From positions 1-5,373 of the forward strand of contig CBFFRQ010000156.1 in the NCBI GenBank assembly GCA_965644315.1: DNA of 5,373 nt, given 5' to 3'. A program made the translations under genes and the position numbers. Source of the stretch: Caecitellus pseudoparvulus (lineage: Eukaryota > Protista > Bigyra: Bicosoecida). Below, piece by piece: positions 1 to 5,373 of this stretch (position 1 is the first letter of the stretch; every line of letters starts with the position of its first letter). The notes under the pieces are model-generated. The model ran no database searches. It saw only the letters and a program-made list of their open reading frames with translations, and was not told the DNA's origin.

Positions 1-1269
1 AGCCGAGGCATTTTGACCAGCTATCAGAACAGATCCCGTTGCTAGCACTCCCTCAGAGACTTTGACGAGCACATGTCCTGATCGATGAGTCCCGCTTGTT
101 GATGAAGCTTGAAGTTTGTTTGAGGTTGTTTGTGACGCTCCCGTGGTAACGTTGACGTTACCTGTCAAGGCTCTGTGCCCAAACCCAGATGAAAGTTTCA
201 AAGCCGCACCCTTTGTCACTGACGGTCCTGTGTGAAAAATCATATCACCACTCACGCTGGTTGAGGCGCCTGTGCGCAAGTACAAGCCTCCCCCCCGAAC
301 TTGTGCCTGACCAGGACTGATGTGCACCCCCCCACTTGCACCGAATGAACTTCCTTGCAAATCTCCTGTTTGCAGAGAAACTTTTCCAGAGATTTGAGCA
401 CAGTTGCTCATAAGCGAAATCCCCGCGGAAGTTCCTCCCATCGCCGTAGCCGCTCCAGTGAGAACAGATACTGTGCCGGATTGGGCCGAAGAGGCTCTGC
501 CTGATCCCACAATTGCAGACTGTGAGCTTGATTTGCTTGTACCCGACGCAAATTCAATTCCTCCACTCCGAGATTCCGCATTCCCAGTCGCAGTGGTGAC
601 GAGTCCAGACGCTTGTGCCCCACTTGCAGACTGTATTCTGAGCTCGCTGCCAGTGGTGTTCGGGTTTGAACTTGATCCACTCGAAATGTGATAGCTACCA
701 GAAGCTGTCGTTTGGCTTCCTCCAGTCCCAAGTACTAGATTGCCCGGCACCATTGGAGCAGATCCCCCTTTCAAGTGAACATGGCCAGATGACAAAGCGT
801 TCCCGGATCGAAGAACCACACTGCTTGACGCGATTTCATGTGCAGTCGAACTAATGGTGATTGGCTGACTGAGTGGAGGCAGAGCTTGTGTCACTTTGTC
901 CGCACCAACACGAACAATGCCCGGATACAACGGAGAGCTCCCAGCCCTGATTGAAACTCTAGAGGGTTGCTCTGGAACCCCAGAATCAGCGCCTCGAACA
1001 AAAATCGAACCTGGTCCGTCCCCACTTGACTCCGACACAAGGTATATGTTTCCACCTTGAACTACACTATCAGCAGTTCGCAAAGAAACATTCCCCGACT
1101 CTCCATTGCTCTCACCCGCAAAAACAAAAACACCGCCAGTTTCAAAGGCATCACCCGAACGAACATGCCCGTCTCCCGCGGAAACCAATGCCCCGCTCGT
1201 GCTCAGACCCACCTGCCCACTTGCAACAGCACTGTGATGGCCAGGATCAATATGCTGCGAAAAAACATG
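1..1269 (-). repeat. Continuation of the same repeat pattern in a Gly-poorer, lower-GC block
   Basis: The units persist (GGVFVFAGESNGE / SGNVSLRTADSVVQ / GGNIYLVSESSGDG / PGSIFVRGADSG; SGGIEFASG; SGTVSVLTG). Gly is about 16% (68 of 420 codons counted over 1-1260), with more Ile/Leu/Phe/Tyr/Lys/Asn/Pro than in the upstream block. The boundary is approximate. Confidence 0.75.
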
Positions 1270-4200
1270 CACATCCGACCCTTCAACACTCAAACTGCCA
1301 CCCACTCCCTCCGCTGACTCACCAGCACCAGCCACCACGCGCTCACCAGTGCCAGCCTCAAGCCCCACATCACCCCCCACCAAACCACTACCACCCGACA
1401 CCTGCACAGTTGACCCCATACCAGCAAGCACGCTCACTGAGCCGCCCACAAGCCCATCGCCACCCTGCACACCGACAGCCCCTGCAACACCACCCCCACC
1501 TGCGCCCGACACCATGGCTACTGACCCGGCCTGTCCTCCCACGCTTCTCCCCCCCGCCACCGACACAGCACCATGGCCTCGACCAACCCTCGTGCTCACA
1601 TCACCAGCACCCAGCACTCCCCCGCCACTGCCAATCGCCACAGCGCCAGACCTGCCCACAGCGCTGTCCCCGCTGCGCACATCCAAGGCCCCTGACGCCA
1701 CACCACCACCTGACATGCCGGTGCCCAATGCCACACTGTCCCCGCCCTCAATGCTGACTGACCCACTCTGTTCGCTCGAGCTTGAGCCGCTCACAGCCAA
1801 CACAGTACCTCCACGCACAGCTCGGCCACCACCACCAAGGACTCTGACCTCCGACCCCGCAACAGCAATGCTGCCGCCCTCCACACCCCCGCCAGCGGAC
1901 ACAGTCACATGGCCGGCTGTCGCCCCTTCCCCGCTCACAATGCGGGACTCCCCCCCATCATCACTGCCATCGCCTCCACCGACCCTGACACCTGCCGCAC
2001 CAGCCAACTCCACACCACCCCCCTGACCCTGCCCACGCCCCGCCCCAACACCAACACTCGACCCAGACAACACAACTGACCCCGACGCCAGGCTGCTTTG
2101 CCCAGCACCCACCATGATCGACCCTGCCGTGCTGCTTCCCTCGCCCACCCGCATGGTCACATCCCCACTTGCACCTTGCCCGGCACCGCTCCCCAGCACA
2201 ACACTGCCGGACAGCCCCCCATCACTTGCACTGCCGCTCCGCACCTGCACACGGCCACCTCCCCCATGCACAGATGCCCCTGCATGTACACTCACGGCGC
2301 CCCCAGCACTCCCCACCACACCGGCATCGCCACCCGCCCACCTCACGCTGCCACCAACGCCCCTCGCCGCCACGCCTCCCCTCATCGCTAGCCTGCCACC
2401 AACTCCTCCATCGCTGACACCGCTGGACACTGTGACACCCCCCCTTCCCACGACACGCACGTTGCCGCCGCTCCCTGCAGCGCCACCAGCAACGACACTG
2501 GAGCCACCACCAACACCTGCATCTGATGCTCCACCTGACACACCCACACTGCCTCCCACGATGCCCACCGCCCCTGCCCCTGTACCGCCATGGCCTGCTT
2601 GCACTGACAAGCCACCACTAGTGCCGTTCACACCCCTCCCGCTCACGACGCGCACAGCCCCACTACCACCTGCACTGCTGCCGCTCCCCAGACTCGCTGC
2701 ACCGCTGGACCCTCCTGAGCTGGAACCGCTGCCCAGTGTGACGCCCCCACTGGCCCCACTGCCGCTGCTACTCACCGTCACATTGCCTGATGCTCCATGC
2801 TCAGACCCACCAGCTGCTGCACTCACACTGCCACCAATCACACTGCCATCACCACCGACCAAGTGCAAGGCGCCACCACCCACCGCACCACTCCCGACCG
2901 CCACCTGCACCGCACCGGACTCACTGCCCTCCCCACTCGTCATCATCACACCCCCTGACGAGCCACCAGAGCCGCCACTCTGCACACCCACGGCGCCCCC
3001 ACTCGCCACACCCACACCATCTGCCCCGATCACCGTGACAGAGCCGCTGCTGCCCTCCAGAGCGCTGCCTGTGACCACCGCTAGAGCCCCCCCTGACCCA
3101 CTCCCAGCAGCACCACTGCCAAACACCACGCTGCCACTTGCTTCACCGCCTCCACTTAGCACCGTCACACCACCGCTGCCCGCTGCAGTACTGGACCCAC
3201 TCCTGGTGCTGACAAGCCCGCTCGTGCCGTTCACACTTGACCCGCTGGACACCTCAACTGCAGAGCTTGCATCATCGCCCCCACCTCCACGCACCACGGC
3301 TCCCCCACCCACATCACCCCCACCACCAGCCGCCAAAGCGTGACCACCGCCCTGACTCCCGGCACCCGCCTCGACAGTCAAAGACTCTGCTTGCATCTGC
3401 AAGGCACCGCCCGCGCCCTGGCTGGAGCCCACCATGAGCTTCGCGCCCCCCCCAGCAGACCCAAGCGACACGTCGCCCACTTGCCCACTTGCCAGCAGGA
3501 CTGCCTCGCCAGCCACCAATGCCGACCCTGATGCCTGGACGCCGATGTCTCCGCTGCCTGCCACCCCTGTGCCGGTGTGCATGGCCAGTCCTCCGCTGCG
3601 CCCCGATGTGGCCACTCCGCTTGCCAACACAAGCGAGCTCCCACCTGCTTGGCTGCTGCCTGCCTGCGCTGCAACACGCCCACTCCTGCCCCCCGCCCCG
3701 CTGATGACAGCGACGCCGCCCCCCTCTGACATGCTCAATGCAAGGCTATCGCCCCCTTGCACCTCCACAGTGCCTGATGTAGTCGTGCCAGGGCCTGTGC
3801 CAATGCGCACCTGCCCACCCTGCCCGCTGGCCCCCGCTGAGCCAACTCCCACCTCCACGCGGCCACTTGAGCCACCAACTGAACCACCGTGCCCGCTCTC
3901 CAGTGTCAAGGCACCTGACCCTCTCGCGCCCTCGGCACTCGACACTGATACCTCGCCTGTCGTCGCTTCCCGCCCTGACAAGGCTTCAGAGAACCTGAGC
4001 CCTTCACCTTGTAGTGCCAAGACCAACCGCCCCACCACATCGTCGTGCAGCATAGGACCACCCTCTCCACTGGACAGGATAGCACGCAAACTATCTTGTG
4101 CGCTGGCCTGACTGCCCCCTGATGCGATGCCTGATACGAGCGGCAGAGACAAAGCCGCGATGCGGCGCGCAGCCACATCGCTCACCGGCGCCCCTTGCTG

Positions 4201-5373
4201 TCCACGAGACAAGGCTTGGACGACAGCCCCCACCACCGTCGCCGGGGCATGCACCGAGCCACGCCCATCAACCGACAGCCTGCCATCTCCCCCTGCACTG
4301 AGCACCATGCCTTGGCCACTGCCCACAGCCACTGCACCGCCGTCCAACACAGCACCACTGCCAGATACCCCGAGCGCTGTCGAGCCCACACTCAACGACC
4401 CCCCACTAGACTCCAACACCGACACACCACCCTCCAGTCGCACAGACCCAGTGCCGTGCATGCTGATGTTTCCGCTTGCTTCAACAGCGACGTCACCGCC
4501 GGACTCACCTCCCCCAGCCACACCAACCACGCTCCCACCACCAGCTACACGTGATGCCCCCGACTCAACCCCCACCACGCCACCGCCGCCAACCCGCACA
4601 CCGCTTCCACCGGCCAACCGCAAGCCACCATCAGCATGTGTGCCTACGTCCACATTGCCTGCACCAACCACGCCTACTGACTGCCCAGCGAAAGACACCT
4701 CACCCCCAGCACCGCTGCCACTGGCCCCCCCGTGCACTCGCACGGCACCACCCAAACCGCCCTCGGCGCGGCCCCCCCGCACGGCTGCATCGCCTGCGTG
4801 CACTGCAGCTGCACCGCTCTCAATGGACACGCCCCCGCTGCCATGACTCCCACTGCCGCTCCCCACATCCACGCCACCGGCCCCCACGACGCTCACCGCG
4901 CCACCCGCCACACTGATGCCGCCTGACTCAACACGCCCCGACCCACTCTCATGTGCAACATCACCACCTGCCCCTGCCTTGCTGCCTCCACCTGCCACTT
5001 CGATCGCCGTGCCCCTCACATGCACACCTCTGCCGGACACTGCCACGCCGCCCGGTCCATGAACGGCAGTACTGCCCCCCACAGCACCCCCACCACCTGC
5101 CACACTCACCAGACCACCCACAGCAGTCCCCGACCCACCCAACAGCCCCACATCACCCGATGCCGTCGACACTGACACATCGCCCGCTGCACTCGTGCCG
5201 CCCCCTGACAGCACTGACACGCCACCCTGGCCCTGCACTTGCATCTCCGTCTGCACCTGCACTTGCACGCTGCCGCTTGCGTGGGAGTCCGCTGAAGCAA
5301 GCGTGGACACTGCCACTGAGCCGGCTGGGCCTGCTGTGGAGCTGCCACCAGCAACGTTGACACTTGTACCGAA
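1..5373 (-). CDS. Partial (open at both window edges) giant Gly/Ser/Val/Ala-rich repeat protein, >=1791 aa; probable extracellular beta-solenoid/fibre-like protein of unknown function
   Basis: Plus-strand triplets in frame 1 (positions 1-3, 4-6, ...) are never TTA, CTA or TCA, so the corresponding minus frame has no stop in 1791 codons (manual reading). The translation is coherent throughout, e.g. SGLVSTRSGSSTAAGSGGVTVLSGGGEASGSVVFGSGAAGSGSGGALAVVTGSALEGSSGSVTVIGADG (about 3222->3016) and SGKVSLQTGDLQGSSFGASGGVHISPGQAQVRGGGLYLRTGASTSVSGDMIFHTG (about 390->226). Synonymous third positions vary (GGT/GGC/GGG/GGA), as expected for a real coding frame. The function is inference. Confidence 0.93.
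1270..5373 (-). repeat. Degenerate protein-level tandem repeat array (~13-15 aa period), Gly-rich block, interrupted at ~3961-4260
   Basis: Consecutive units such as SGSVVLGSGAGQGA / SGDVTMRVGEGSST / AGSIMVGAGQSSLA / SGSVVLSG (about 2211->2062). Hydrophobic residues (mostly Val, codon GTG) alternate within each unit. No exact DNA tandem repeat is visible, so the repeat is conserved only at the protein-pattern level. Confidence 0.85.
3961..4260 (-). other. Non-repeat in-frame insert (~100 aa) within the repeat array
   Basis: Translation: GSVHAPATVVGAVVQALSRGQQGAPVSDVAARRIAALSLPLVSGIASGGSQASAQDSLRAILSSGEGGPMLHDDVVGRLVLALQGEGLRFSEALSGREAT. The GG-V-x-V pattern is lost and the segment is Leu/Ala/Arg-rich. 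The repeat resumes directly afterwards (TGEVSVSSAEGARGSGALTLESG). Confidence 0.7.

Noticed and set aside
404-4846. Plus-strand Pro/Thr-rich 'mucin/extensin-like' ORFs (404-691, 1349-2026, 2114-3343, 3434-4111, 4127-4846)
   Set aside because: All lie in one frame that shares third codon positions with the minus ORF. Pro/Thr/Ala/Leu are the mirror of Gly/Val/Ala/Ser. The near absence of Gln/His/Tyr mirrors the absence of Cys/Trp/Tyr/stop on the minus strand. This frame is broken by stops, whereas the minus frame is not.
408-5363. Other short ORFs in the track (His/Pro/Arg-rich plus-strand ORFs; Trp/Cys/Gln-rich minus-strand ORFs)
   Set aside because: They are alternative-frame by-products of low-complexity GC-rich coding DNA, with no recognisable domains, and all are fully overlapped by the long ORF.
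695-5373. All stops in plus frame 2 beyond 695 are TGA, suggesting TGA recoding or readthrough
   Set aside because: This is expected from the antisense relationship. TGA arises from minus-strand NNT followed by CAN (Gln/His). TAA/TAG would require Tyr codons, which are almost absent. A TAG does occur at 692-694 opposite a Tyr. No recoding is needed.
1270-5373. Assignment to PE-PGRS, collagen, RTX, silk or ice-nucleation protein families
   Set aside because: The diagnostic motifs are absent: no sustained GGAGG/GGNGG runs, no Gly-X-Y triplet register, no GGxGxDxL nonamers, no poly-Ala or GAGAGS, and no AGYGSTxTA octamers.
1270-5373. C/A-rich DNA as microsatellite, telomere-like repeat or CRISPR array
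   Set aside because: There is no exact tandem unit or repeat-spacer structure. The cac/acc/gcc richness is explained by Val (GTG) and Gly (GGN) codons on the minus strand.
1-5373. Internal ATG codons as the gene start, or introns
   Set aside because: The frame is already open and repeat-like at 5373, so the true start is probably outside the window. No segment has to be removed to maintain the frame.

Overview
The whole window is one uninterrupted reading frame on the minus strand (5373->1; 1791 codons). Reading codon by codon I found no stop, and the frame runs off both edges. The supplied ORF track does not list it, probably because there is no stop codon inside the window. It encodes an internal fragment of a giant Gly/Ser/Val/Ala-rich protein, starting FGTSVNVAGGSSTAGPAGSVAVST... 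and ending ...EGVLATGSVLIAGQNASA. The protein is built from roughly 100 or more degenerate ~13-15 aa units of the form [S/A/G]G-x-hydrophobic-x-hydrophobic-x-[S/A/T]G-x(4-6), which suggests a long beta-solenoid or fibre. The Pro/Thr-rich plus-strand ORFs in the track are antisense shadows of this frame. Internal structure: (i) a GC-rich, extremely skewed block at ~1270-5373 is joined in frame to a ~50% GC block at 1-~1270 with different codon and amino-acid usage; (ii) a ~100 aa non-repeat, probably helical insert lies at ~3961-4260; (iii) there is a possible compensated frameshift at ~5231-5268. I saw no RNA genes, mobile elements, CRISPR arrays or regulatory regions. Organism and function cannot be determined from the sequence alone.
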